Assembly (NCBI GenBank): GCA_050250645.1
Contig: JBFWOG010000001.1
Coordinates: forward strand, 335,274 to 399,273
Source: Vicinamibacterales bacterium
GTDB taxonomy: Bacteria > Acidobacteriota > Vicinamibacteria > Vicinamibacterales > UBA2999
DNA: 64,000 nt
Direction: 5' to 3'
The position numbers and the translations under genes are program-made. The notes beneath the pieces were generated by a model. That model was not told the DNA's origin. It made no database searches and saw only the letters and a list, made by a program, of their open reading frames with translations. Shown here one piece after another: positions 43,398 to 52,239 of the stretch (its first letter is position 1; each line of letters opens with the position of its first letter).

Positions 43398-44098
43398 CGC
43401 AGATGCACAGATGGGGCCGGAGATGCGCAGATTGACTTGAAGGGACGCCCCCGGCCTGGAATCGACTACGCAAGGCAGAATCTGCACTGGCACCCACGCA
43501 TGAGTACGCAGGAACCGCACAGGCCATTCCCGGAGTGGGAAACAACAGGCCTATTCTGTCGCGGCTTGGCGCTTGCGTCTGTCTCCCGTCGATGTTGCGA
43601 TCCGACGACCTCGGTGACCGGCGGACCTACGCGATCATTGGCGCAGCAATGGAGGTGCACGGGACCCTGGGCAGGGGGTTGCTGGAGGAGCACTATCGCC
43701 AGGCGCTGGCAATCGAGCTCGGGCTGAGGAAGATACCGTTCGAGCGGGAAGTTGGGTGCCCCGTGTCGTACAAGGGCGTCCGACTGGGAGGGACGGCGAG
43801 GATGGACTTCGTCTGTTTCGATGCGGTCGTCGTCGAGGTCAAGGCGCGAGCCATCGTTGGCCCCGCCGAGCGCGCCCAGTTGCTCAACTACCTCTCATCG
43901 AGCGGCCTTCTCTGCGGCCTGCTCCTCAACTTCGGGACGCCACGGCTCGACTACCACCGGCTGATCGGCCCCTCGGTGTCCCGCCTTCCGTGACCGAAGA
44001 GAGCCACTGTGCCCTGGCTGGAGCCGACCCAGTCCATCTGTGCATCTGTGCTCATCTGCGCATCTGTGTCTATCTGCGTTCATCCTCTGCCTTCATCC
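43398..44098. mobile_element. IVS-like cassette (element E): inverted CAGATG-type repeat arms flanking a ~600-bp insert with a GxxExxY ORF
   Basis: Left arm is CGCAGATGCACAGATGGGGCCGGAGATGCGCAGATTGA (43398-43435). Right arm is CCATCTGTGCATCTGTGCTCATCTGCGCATCTGTGTCTATCTGCGTTCATCCTCTGCCTTCATCC (44034-44098). The cargo ORF is on the strand opposite to all neighbours. Mobility is inferred, not shown. Confidence 0.55.
43592..43993 (+). CDS. GxxExxY family protein (PD-(D/E)XK nuclease-like fold)
   Basis: 133 aa from MLRSDDLGDRRTYAIIGAAMEVHGTLGRGLLEEHYRQAL. It has a G-LL-E-EH-Y motif and a D...EVK motif (MDFVCFDAVVVEVKA). The ORF track start (GTG 43535) adds a non-homologous leader. Confidence 0.75.
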   Translation: MLRSDDLGDRRTYAIIGAAMEVHGTLGRGLLEEHYRQALAIELGLRKIPFEREVGCPVSYKGVRLGGTARMDFVCFDAVVVEVKARAIVGPAERAQLLNYLSSSGLLCGLLLNFGTPRLDYHRLIGPSVSRLP

Positions 44099-45810
44099 GT
44101 GCCCCGGAAGTCCTCCACGCGCAGCTCGACGTATCGGTTGCCCTGCCACTCGTTCTCCTCGAGCGTGTAGGCCAGTTCCACGCCCGCCTTGCGGGCGGCG
44201 AGGGCGTCCTCGCGCTCGGCGGCGTTCCAGGCGACGGCGCGGAAGGTGCGCTTGTCCTGGCGGAAGCTCATCTTGAGGTGGCGGTCCTTCAGCCGGCGCG
44301 GGCCGTCGACGACCTCCACCGGGCTGGCGTGGAAGACGGGCCGCGGGTTGCCGGCCCCGAAGGGGGCGAGGGTGTTCAACTCGGCGACCATCTGCGGCGT
44401 GATGTCGGCGAAGCCGAGCGGGCCGTCCAGCCAGAGCCGCGGGCGCAGGTCGTCGGGGCCGAGCCGCTCTTCCGCGTACTCGTTGACCGCCTGCCGGAAC
44501 TCGCGGATCCGCGCCGCCTCGATCTGCAGGCCGGCCGCCTGCTTGTGGCCGCCGAAGCGCAGCATGAGGGGCGCCGCGCTCTCGAGCGCGGCCAGCATGT
44601 CGAAGCCGGGGATGCTGCGGCACGACCCGTGCGCGACGCCGTCCTCGATCGACAGCACGATCGTCGGCCGGTAGAAGGCGTCCACGATCTTCGACGCGAC
44701 GATGCCGATGACCCCGCGGTGCCAGCCCTCCCCCGCCACCACCAGGACGCTCCGCGAGCCGACCTCGGGGTCCGACTCGATCGCCTTCCTGGCCTTCTGG
44801 ACGATGTCCGCCTCCTCGGCCCGGCGGCGCGTGTTCTCGGTGTCGAGCTGCTCGGCGAGCGCGCGCGCCTCGGCCGCCATCGACTCGTCGCTGGCCAGCA
44901 GCAGCCGCATCGCGATGTCCGGCGTGCTCATCCGTCCCGCGGCGTTCATGCGCGGCGCCACCATGAAGGCGATGTGGTAGCTGTCGATCGCCTTGCCGGT
45001 CAGGCCCGACACCTCGAGCAGCGAGCGCAGCCCCACCTTGTGGGGACCCTTCGTCAGCATGCCCAGCCCGAGCTTGGCGATCACGCGGTTCTCGCCGACG
45101 AGCGGGACGACGTCGGCCAGGGTGCCGATGGCGGCGATCTTGACGAAGGCGGGCAGCCACGCGTCGCGGCCCGCGCGGCCGCAGAGCGCCTGCACGAGCT
45201 TCAGCGCGACGCCGACCCCCGCCAGGTTCTTGTCCGGGTACGGGCAGTCGTGCCGCTTCGGGTTCACGACGGCCAGGGCCGCGGGCAGCGTCTCGTCCGG
45301 CTCGTGGTGGTCGGTGATGATCAGGTCGAGCCCGATGGCGCGGGCCCGGGCGGCGGCCTCGGCGCCGCGGATGCCGCAGTCGACCGAGACCACGACGCGC
45401 ACGCCCTCGGCGTGCAGGCGCTCGAGCGTCTCGGGCTGCAGGCCGTACCCGTCCTTGAGCCGGTCCGGGATGAAGTGGACGACGTTGCCGCCGAGCAGCT
45501 CGAGCGCGCGCCGGAGGATGACGGTGGACGTGATGCCGTCGACGTCGTAGTCGCCGTGGACCGCGATGCGCTCCCCGCGCGCGATGGCCGCCTCGAGCCG
45601 CTCGACGGCCACCGCCATGTCGGTCAGGCGCATCGGGTCGAGCAGGTGCGCGAGCGAGGGGTGCAGGAAGCGCTCGGCCTCGTCCGGGTCCGCGAGCCCG
45701 CGAATCGCCAGCAGGCGCGCCACCGCCGGCGTCAGCCCCGCCGCCCGCGCCAGGCGCACCGCTCCCGCATCGTCGCAGGCATGGGTGCTCCAGATTTTCG
45801 GGGGCCTCAT
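44080..45810 (-). CDS. recJ: Single-stranded-DNA-specific exonuclease RecJ
   Basis: 576 aa. DHH motifs (VHGDYDVDGITS, ITDHHEP) and DHHA1 GGHKQAAG. Confidence 0.9.
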   Translation of the reverse strand: MRPPKIWSTHACDDAGAVRLARAAGLTPAVARLLAIRGLADPDEAERFLHPSLAHLLDPMRLTDMAVAVERLEAAIARGERIAVHGDYDVDGITSTVILRRALELLGGNVVHFIPDRLKDGYGLQPETLERLHAEGVRVVVSVDCGIRGAEAAARARAIGLDLIITDHHEPDETLPAALAVVNPKRHDCPYPDKNLAGVGVALKLVQALCGRAGRDAWLPAFVKIAAIGTLADVVPLVGENRVIAKLGLGMLTKGPHKVGLRSLLEVSGLTGKAIDSYHIAFMVAPRMNAAGRMSTPDIAMRLLLASDESMAAEARALAEQLDTENTRRRAEEADIVQKARKAIESDPEVGSRSVLVVAGEGWHRGVIGIVASKIVDAFYRPTIVLSIEDGVAHGSCRSIPGFDMLAALESAAPLMLRFGGHKQAAGLQIEAARIREFRQAVNEYAEERLGPDDLRPRLWLDGPLGFADITPQMVAELNTLAPFGAGNPRPVFHASPVEVVDGPRRLKDRHLKMSFRQDKRTFRAVAWNAAEREDALAARKAGVELAYTLEENEWQGNRYVELRVEDFRGTDEGRG

Positions 45811-45823
45811 TGGGGGGATTACT

Positions 45824-45903
45824 GAGAAATCAAGAATTTAGAATCAAGAATCAAGAAAACAGGGGCAGATTCTAAATTCTTGATTCTTGATTCTTGATTA
45901 CTC
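45824..45903. repeat. AT-rich long hairpin of AAGAATC heptamer units (element F), same unit as element B
   Basis: Arms are GAGAAATCAAGAATTTAGAATCAAGAATCAAGAAAAC (45824-45860) and ATTCTAAATTCTTGATTCTTGATTCTTGATTACTC (45869-45903), with an 8-nt loop. It lies between the accA stop and the recJ start. Confidence 0.85.
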
Positions 45904-45953
45904 AAAGCATCGCTCTTGATTACTCACCCGTTTCGCTCGCGACGACTCACCGT

Positions 45954-46910
45954 CTACTCCTCAATGATTCCCACCTGGCCCATCTTGCGGAACTTCTGGT
46001 AGCGCTGTTCCAGGCGGGCGTCGGGGGTGAGGGCGCTGACGGCGGACAGGGTGCGCTGGAGGACGGCGTCGACGAGCTGCATCGCGTCGTCGGGACGGGT
46101 GTGGGCGCCGCCGACGGGCTCGGGGACGATCTCGTCGATGATCCCGAAGCCGAGCAGGTCCGGGGCGGTCAGCTTGAGGGCCTCGGCGGCCTCCACCTTG
46201 CGCGCCGAGTCGCGCCAGAGGATCGCCGCGCAGCCCTCGGGCGGGATCACGCTGTAGATGGCGTGCTCGAGCATCAGGATGCGGTCGCCGATCGCCAGGC
46301 CGAGCGCGCCGCCGCTGCCGCCCTCGCCGTGGACGATGATGATGAGGGGCACGTCGAGCACCGCCATCTCGCGGAGGTTGAGGGCGATGGCCTCGGCGAC
46401 GCCACGCTCCTCGGACTCGATGCCCGGGTAGGCCGCGGGCGTGTCCACGAAGCAGATGACCGGGCGGCGGAACTTCTCCGCCATCTTCATCAGCCGGAGC
46501 GCCTTCCGGTAGCCCTCGGGGCGCGCGTAGCCGAAGTTCCTGTAGATCTTCTGCTTCGTGTCGCGGCCCTTCTGGTGGCCGATGACGAGCACGGGGTCGC
46601 CCTTGTAGCGCGCGATGCCGGCAACGATCGCGTGGTCGTCGGCGAAGCGGCGGTCCCCGTGGATCTCGACGAAGTCCTCGAAGAGGCGCTCGAAGTAGTC
46701 GAGCGAGGTCGGGCGCGACGGGTGGCGGGCGACCAGCACCCGCTGCCACGGCGTCAGGCCGCGGTACAGCTCGGCGCGGATCGACTCGATCCGGCGCTCG
46801 AGCCGCCCGATCTCGCGGCCGCGCTCCGCCGTGGCGGGCAGCATCGAGAGCGCCTCGATCTCCTTGAGGAGGACACCAATCGGCTCTTCGAATTCCAGCA
46901 GTTCAGGCAT
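45954..46910 (-). CDS. accA: Acetyl-CoA carboxylase carboxyltransferase subunit alpha
   Basis: 318 aa from MPELLEFEEPIGVLLKEIEAL, with RPVICFVDTPAAYPGIESEERG and IVHGEGGSGGALG. It is the 3' part of a 1308-aa shadow-extended ORF. Confidence 0.9.
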   Translation of the reverse strand: MPELLEFEEPIGVLLKEIEALSMLPATAERGREIGRLERRIESIRAELYRGLTPWQRVLVARHPSRPTSLDYFERLFEDFVEIHGDRRFADDHAIVAGIARYKGDPVLVIGHQKGRDTKQKIYRNFGYARPEGYRKALRLMKMAEKFRRPVICFVDTPAAYPGIESEERGVAEAIALNLREMAVLDVPLIIIVHGEGGSGGALGLAIGDRILMLEHAIYSVIPPEGCAAILWRDSARKVEAAEALKLTAPDLLGFGIIDEIVPEPVGGAHTRPDDAMQLVDAVLQRTLSAVSALTPDARLEQRYQKFRKMGQVGIIEE

Positions 46911-46963
46911 CGATCTCCGTCCACTATGGCCGACCGGCCGGGGCCGGGGCAAGCCGCGCGCGG

Positions 46964-49900
46964 CTAGCGCAGGGTCACCGACCCGGCGCCGCAGAGCCGC
47001 TCGACGTCGGCGAGGAGCTGCTCGCTGGGGCGCACGCGGATCTGCGACGTCACGTCGGCCCGGACCCGGAGCCGCCGCCGCGGCCCCTGCACTTCCATCT
47101 CGAAGGCGACCGGGCGGTCGCCCTGGTTCTGCGCGAAGAGGTCCCACAGCGCCTCGATCGCCTCGCGGGGCATGTCGGGGGTCAGGCGGATGCTGACGGC
47201 CTTCGACAGGCGCTCGCGCAGCGTCTCGAGCGGGAAGAGCTCCGCCGCCTGCATGCGCGACGACTCGTCGTCGCGCTCGAACTTGCCCCGGACGACCACC
47301 AGGCGGCCGTTCTCGATGACCGACCCGTGGCGGCCGAAGGCCTCGGGGAACACGACGACCTCGACCGATCCGTGGTGGTCCTCGAGGGTGAAGACGCCCA
47401 TGCGGTCGCCCTTCTTCGTCTTGAGCGGCCGGTAGCCCGAGATGATGCCGCCGACGTGCACGTCCTCGAGGAGGATCCGCGACGGCGTGCCGTCGTCGGT
47501 CGCCGGCAGTTCCTGGCCCGTGAGGTCGGAGACCGCCCGGGCGCCGAAGAGGCGCAGGTCGTCGCCGTAGCGGTCGATGGGATGGCCGCTCAGGTAGAGG
47601 CCGAGCGCCTCGCGCTCGAAGCCGAGCAGGTCGAGCTCGCCCCAGGGCTCGGCGGCGGGCAGCCGGATGACGGTGAGGCCGCCCTCCTCGCCGTCGCCCC
47701 CGAACAGGTCGGCCTGGCCGCGGTCGCGGTCGCGCTGGACGCGGTTGCCGTGCTCGATCGCGCCGTCGATGGCGCCGAAGAGCATGGCGCGCCCGGCGGC
47801 GATGCTCACGCCCTGCGGCAGCAGCCCGTCGCACGCGCCCGACTTGACGAGGGCCTCGAAGACCCGCTTGTTGACGAGCCGCAGGTCCAGCTCCTCGCAG
47901 AGCTGCGGCAGCGAGGTGATGCGCCCGAGGCGCGCCCGCACGTCGAGCAGCGAGAGGATCGCGCCCTCGCCGAGCCCCTTGATGGCCGTGAGGCCGAACC
48001 GCACGCCCTCGGGCACGACGGTGAAGTGGAGCTGGCTCTCGTTGATGTCCGGCGGCAGCACCGGGATGCCGCGCTCGCGGCCCTCGCTGATGTACAGCGC
48101 GAGCTTGTCGGTGTTGGCCGCCTCGATCGTCAGCAGCGCGGCGGCGAAGTGCCGCGGGTAGTTCGCCTTGAGGTACGCCGTCTGGTAGGCCAGGTAGGCG
48201 TAGGCGGTCGAGTGCGACTTGTTGAAGCCGTACCCGGCGAAGTACTCCATCAGCTCGAAGATCTTCGCGGCCTTCTTCTCGTTGACGCCCTTGGCCTCGG
48301 CGCCGGCCATGAAGGCCTCGCGCTGCTTGGCCATGACCGCGGGGTCCTTCTTCCCCATGGCCTTGCGGAGGACGTCGGACTGCCCCAGGCTGAACCCGGC
48401 CAGGACCGCGGCGATCCGCATGACCTGCTCCTGGTACGCGATGACGCCGTAGGTGTCCGAGAGGATCGGCTCGAGCGCGGCCAGCTCGTACTTGACCGCG
48501 CTGCGGCCCGCCTTGCGGTTGATGTAGTCGTCGACCATGCCGCTCTTGAGCGGGCCCGGCCGGTAGAGCGCGTTCAGCGCGATCAGGTCGTCGAGGCGCT
48601 GGGGCTTCGCCTTGCGGAGGATCTCGCGCATGCCCGAGCTCTCGAACTGGAAGATCCCGTAGGTCTGCCCGTCGCAGAACAGCTGGTAGGTCTTCTCGTC
48701 GTCGAGCGGGATCGCGTCGATGTCGAGGTCGACCCCCTCGGTGCGCTTGATCTCGGCGAGCGCGTCGCGGATGAGCGTGAGCGTGCTGAGGCCCAGGAAG
48801 TCCATCTTGAGGAGGCCGACGCGCTCGACCTCCTTCATGGCCCACTGGGTCGTGATTTCGTCGCGGTTGCTCTTGTAGAGCGGCGCGTAGTCGGTGATGG
48901 GGCCGGGGGCGATTACGACGCCGGCGGCGTGGACGCCGGCGTTCCGGGACATGCCCTCCAGGCGCTTGCCCATGGTGAGCAGGTCCTTCACGCGCGGGTC
49001 GCCGTCCTGCATCTGCTTGAGCGCGGGGTTCTCGGCGAGCGCCTTCTCCAGCGTCATGTCGAGCGCGGGCGGGATCTGCTTGGCGATCCGGTCCACCTCC
49101 GCGTACGGCATGTCCATCGCCCGGCCGACGTCGCGGACCACGGCCTTCGCCTTCATGGTGCCGAAGGTGATGATCTGGGACACGTTCTCGCGGCCGTACT
49201 TCCGCGTGACGTACTCGATGACCTCGCCGCGCCGCCGCTCGCAGAAGTCGACGTCGATATCCGGCAGCGACACGCGCTCGGGGTTCAGGAAGCGCTCGAA
49301 CAGCAGGTCGTAGTGCAGCGGGTCGACGTCCGTGATGCGCATCGCCCACGCCACGAGGCTCCCCGCCGCGGAGCCGCGGCCGGGGCCGACCGGGATGCCC
49401 GTCTCCCGCGCGTAGCGGATGAAGTCCCAGACGATGAGGAAGTACCCCGGGTACCCCATCTGCTTGATGACGTCGATCTCGTAGTTCAGCCGCACCTCGT
49501 AGTCGGCCAGCGGGTGCCGCAGCGTGTCGTCCGCCTCCATCTCCCGCAGCCGCGCCAGGCGCTCCGCGAAGCCCTCGCGCGCCACGTGCTCGAAGTAGCC
49601 GTCGAGCGTGAAGCCCTCCGGCACCTCGAACTTGGGCAGGTGGTTCGTGCCCTTCGGGATCTCGACGTGGCAGCGCTCGGCGATCGCCAGCGTGTTCCGC
49701 AGCGCGTCGGGGTGGTCCTTGAAGACCTCGGCCATCTGCGCCGCCGTCTTCAGGAAGAACTGGTCGCCGTGGTACTTCAGGCGGCGCTCGTCGTGGACCG
49801 ACTTCCCCGTCCCGATGCACAGGAGGATGTCGTGCGGCTTCGAGTCGTCCTGCTGCAGGTAGTGGACGTCGTTGGTGCACACGAGCGGCATCCCGAGGTC

Positions 49901-50485
49901 CGCCGCGATCGGCAGCAGGCCCGTGTTGACGATGCGCTGCTCGTCGATGCCCTGGTACTGCATCTCCAGGAAGAAGTTGCCCGCGCCGAGGATGTCCCGG
50001 TAGGTCGCCGCCGCCGCGAGCGCCTGCTTCGCCTGGTCCGTGCGGATGGCCGTCGCCACCTCGCCCTTCAGGCAGCTGCTCAGGCCGATGAGGCCCTCGC
50101 TGTGCGCCGCCAGCAGCTCCTTGTCGATGCGCGGCTTGTAGTAGAACCCCTCGGTGTAGCCCGACGACACGAGCTTGATGAGGTTCTGGAACCCCGTCAT
50201 GTTCTCGGCCAGCAGCACCAGGTGGTTCGCCGTCTCCCCCGGCGTGCCCGTCTTGTCGAGCCGGCTGCCCGGCGCCACGTAGACCTCGCAGCCGAGGATG
50301 GGGTTGATGCCGCGCTTGCGCGCCTGGTCGTGGAACACGACCGACGAGAACATGTTGCCGTGCTCGGTGACCGCGAGCGACGTCATGCCGAGCTTCTGTG
50401 CCTGGTCCAGCAGCTCCTCGATGCGGCAGGCGCCGTCGAGCAGCGAGTACTCGGTGTGCAGGTGCAGGTGGACGAACTCAGACAT
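46964..50485 (-). CDS. dnaE: DNA polymerase III subunit alpha
   Basis: 1173 aa. PHP N-terminus FVHLHLHTEYSLLDGA, polymerase core (PDIDVDF, GLLKMDFLGL) and a C-terminal OB fold. Confidence 0.95.
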   Translation of the reverse strand: MSEFVHLHLHTEYSLLDGACRIEELLDQAQKLGMTSLAVTEHGNMFSSVVFHDQARKRGINPILGCEVYVAPGSRLDKTGTPGETANHLVLLAENMTGFQNLIKLVSSGYTEGFYYKPRIDKELLAAHSEGLIGLSSCLKGEVATAIRTDQAKQALAAAATYRDILGAGNFFLEMQYQGIDEQRIVNTGLLPIAADLGMPLVCTNDVHYLQQDDSKPHDILLCIGTGKSVHDERRLKYHGDQFFLKTAAQMAEVFKDHPDALRNTLAIAERCHVEIPKGTNHLPKFEVPEGFTLDGYFEHVAREGFAERLARLREMEADDTLRHPLADYEVRLNYEIDVIKQMGYPGYFLIVWDFIRYARETGIPVGPGRGSAAGSLVAWAMRITDVDPLHYDLLFERFLNPERVSLPDIDVDFCERRRGEVIEYVTRKYGRENVSQIITFGTMKAKAVVRDVGRAMDMPYAEVDRIAKQIPPALDMTLEKALAENPALKQMQDGDPRVKDLLTMGKRLEGMSRNAGVHAAGVVIAPGPITDYAPLYKSNRDEITTQWAMKEVERVGLLKMDFLGLSTLTLIRDALAEIKRTEGVDLDIDAIPLDDEKTYQLFCDGQTYGIFQFESSGMREILRKAKPQRLDDLIALNALYRPGPLKSGMVDDYINRKAGRSAVKYELAALEPILSDTYGVIAYQEQVMRIAAVLAGFSLGQSDVLRKAMGKKDPAVMAKQREAFMAGAEAKGVNEKKAAKIFELMEYFAGYGFNKSHSTAYAYLAYQTAYLKANYPRHFAAALLTIEAANTDKLALYISEGRERGIPVLPPDINESQLHFTVVPEGVRFGLTAIKGLGEGAILSLLDVRARLGRITSLPQLCEELDLRLVNKRVFEALVKSGACDGLLPQGVSIAAGRAMLFGAIDGAIEHGNRVQRDRDRGQADLFGGDGEEGGLTVIRLPAAEPWGELDLLGFEREALGLYLSGHPIDRYGDDLRLFGARAVSDLTGQELPATDDGTPSRILLEDVHVGGIISGYRPLKTKKGDRMGVFTLEDHHGSVEVVVFPEAFGRHGSVIENGRLVVVRGKFERDDESSRMQAAELFPLETLRERLSKAVSIRLTPDMPREAIEALWDLFAQNQGDRPVAFEMEVQGPRRRLRVRADVTSQIRVRPSEQLLADVERLCGAGSVTLR

Positions 50486-50560
50486 GCCCGGTCTCTCCGG
50501 CCGCGCGGGGCACCGACCGTACCCCCGACTGTACCACTCTCCCGTCCCGCGCCGCCGCGG

Positions 50561-52105
50561 CTACTCCCACTCGATCGTCGACGGGGGCTTCGAGCTCACG
50601 TCGTACACGACGCGGTTGATGCCCTTGACCTCGTTGACGATGCGCGAGGAGATCGCGGCGAGCAACTCGTGCGGCAGGCGCGCCCAGTCGGCCGTCATGC
50701 CGTCGAGGCTCTCCACCGCGCGGATGGCCACCGTCCACTCGTAGGTGCGCGCGTCGCCCATCACGCCGACGCTCTGCACGGGCAGCAGCACCGCGAAGCT
50801 CTGCCAGAGCCGCTCGTACCACCCCGCGCGCCGCACCTCGTCGGCCACGATCGCGTCGGCGCGCCGCAGCAGGTCGAGCCGCTCGCGCGTGAGCGCCCCG
50901 AGCAGCCGCACGGCCAGGCCCGGCCCCGGGAAGGGCTGGCGGACCAGGAACTCCTTGTCGATGCCGAGGTCGCGCCCGACCGCCCGCACCTCGTCCTTGA
51001 ACAGCTCGCGCAGCGGCTCGACCAGCGTGAACCGCATCCGCTCCGGCAGCCCGCCCACGTTGTGGTGGCTCTTGATCGTCACCGACGGGCCGCCCCGCAC
51101 CGACACCGACTCGATCACGTCCGGATAGAGCGTGCCCTGCGCCAGGAAGTCGAAGTGCCCCAGGCCGCGGGCTTCCGCCTCGAAGATGTCGATGAACGTC
51201 GCGCCGATGATCTTGCGCTTCTGCTCGGGGTCGACCACCCCCGCCAGCCGGTCCAGGAACGTGTCGGTCGCGTCCACGAAGTGGACCGGCAGCGCCAGCT
51301 TCTTGTACCGCTCGACGACCTGCGCCGCCTCGTTCAGCCGCAGCAGGCCGTTGTCCACGAACACGCACTGCAGGCGGTCGCCCACCGCCTTGTGGATCAG
51401 CGTCGCCGCCACCGTCGAGTCCACGCCGCCCGACAGCGCGCAGACCACCCGCCCCTCGCCCACCTGCTCGCGGATCCGCGCCGTCGACTCCTCGATGAAC
51501 GAGCGGATCGTCCAGTCGCCGGTGCAGCCGCAGACGTCGAACGCGAAGTTCCGGAGGATCTCGCTCCCCCGCTCGGTGTGCGCGACCTCCGGGTGGAACA
51601 GCAGCGCGTAGTACCCGCGGTCCGGCGCTTCCATCGCCGCCACCGGCGCGTTGCTGCTCGTGGCCGAGACGACGAATCCGGGCGGCGCGGCGCTCACGAG
51701 ATCGCCGTGGCTCGCCCAGACGCGCAGGTCGGCCGGGACGTCGCGGAACATGCGCGGGGCGCCCGCCTGCTCCACCGTGATGCGCGCCAGGCCGTACTCC
51801 CGGTGCGGCGCGCCGCCCACCTGTCCCCCGAGCAGCTCCGTCATGAGCTGCATCCCGTAGCAGATGCCGAGCGTCGGGAGCCCGAGCTCGAGCACGCCGG
51901 GGTCGCACTTCGGGGCGTCCGGTTCCGACACGCTCTTCGGCCCGCCCGACAGGATGATGCCCACCGGCGCCTTGGCCCGGATGGTCTCGATCGGCGTGTT
52001 GTATGGGAGGATCTCGGAGTAGACCGACAGCTCGCGCAGCCGCCGCGCGATGAGCTGCGTGAACTGCGAACCGAAGTCGAGGACGAGCAGTGTTTGATGT
52101 GCCAC
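50561..52105 (-). CDS. guaA: GMP synthase (glutamine-hydrolysing)
   Basis: GATase [22 protein letters not shown]-PPase SGGVDS, and C-terminal [11 protein letters not shown] start at 52105. The longer ORF adds a non-homologous leader. Confidence 0.9.
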   Translation of the reverse strand: MAHQTLLVLDFGSQFTQLIARRLRELSVYSEILPYNTPIETIRAKAPVGIILSGGPKSVSEPDAPKCDPGVLELGLPTLGICYGMQLMTELLGGQVGGAPHREYGLARITVEQAGAPRMFRDVPADLRVWASHGDLVSAAPPGFVVSATSSNAPVAAMEAPDRGYYALLFHPEVAHTERGSEILRNFAFDVCGCTGDWTIRSFIEESTARIREQVGEGRVVCALSGGVDSTVAATLIHKAVGDRLQCVFVDNGLLRLNEAAQVVERYKKLALPVHFVDATDTFLDRLAGVVDPEQKRKIIGATFIDIFEAEARGLGHFDFLAQGTLYPDVIESVSVRGGPSVTIKSHHNVGGLPERMRFTLVEPLRELFKDEVRAVGRDLGIDKEFLVRQPFPGPGLAVRLLGALTRERLDLLRRADAIVADEVRRAGWYERLWQSFAVLLPVQSVGVMGDARTYEWTVAIRAVESLDGMTADWARLPHELLAAISSRIVNEVKGINRVVYDVSSKPPSTIEWE

Positions 52106-52239
52106 GGGGTCCGGAGGCGAAAGAGGTCGGTGACCGGTCCGGCGGAAGGGATTCCGCGGGCCGGGCGCGACCGGCGAACCGCTATTATAACGGTGTGCCA
52201 CACCGATGCACCACAAGATGTTGTGGCGTCTGCCCTAGG

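Noticed and set aside
43486-43505. TGGCAC motifs as candidate sigma-54 promoters, given that rpoN is in the window. One lies at 43488-43493 upstream of the GxxExxY ORF. Others lie at about 3024 and 28037.
   Set aside because: None has the required GC (TTGC) element 10-11 nt downstream of the GG. The 43488 site reads TGGCACCCACGCATGA. The other two lie inside coding sequence.
52181-52215. TATTATAA (TATAAT on the minus strand, 52184-52189) plus two small hairpins (GGTGT-GCC-ACACC and CCACAA-GATG-TTGTGG) in the guaA / beta-propeller divergent spacer, as a promoter/operator.
   Set aside because: No acceptable -35 hexamer lies at 16-19 bp on either strand. The -10-like hexamer alone is insufficient, so it is left unannotated pending TSS data.
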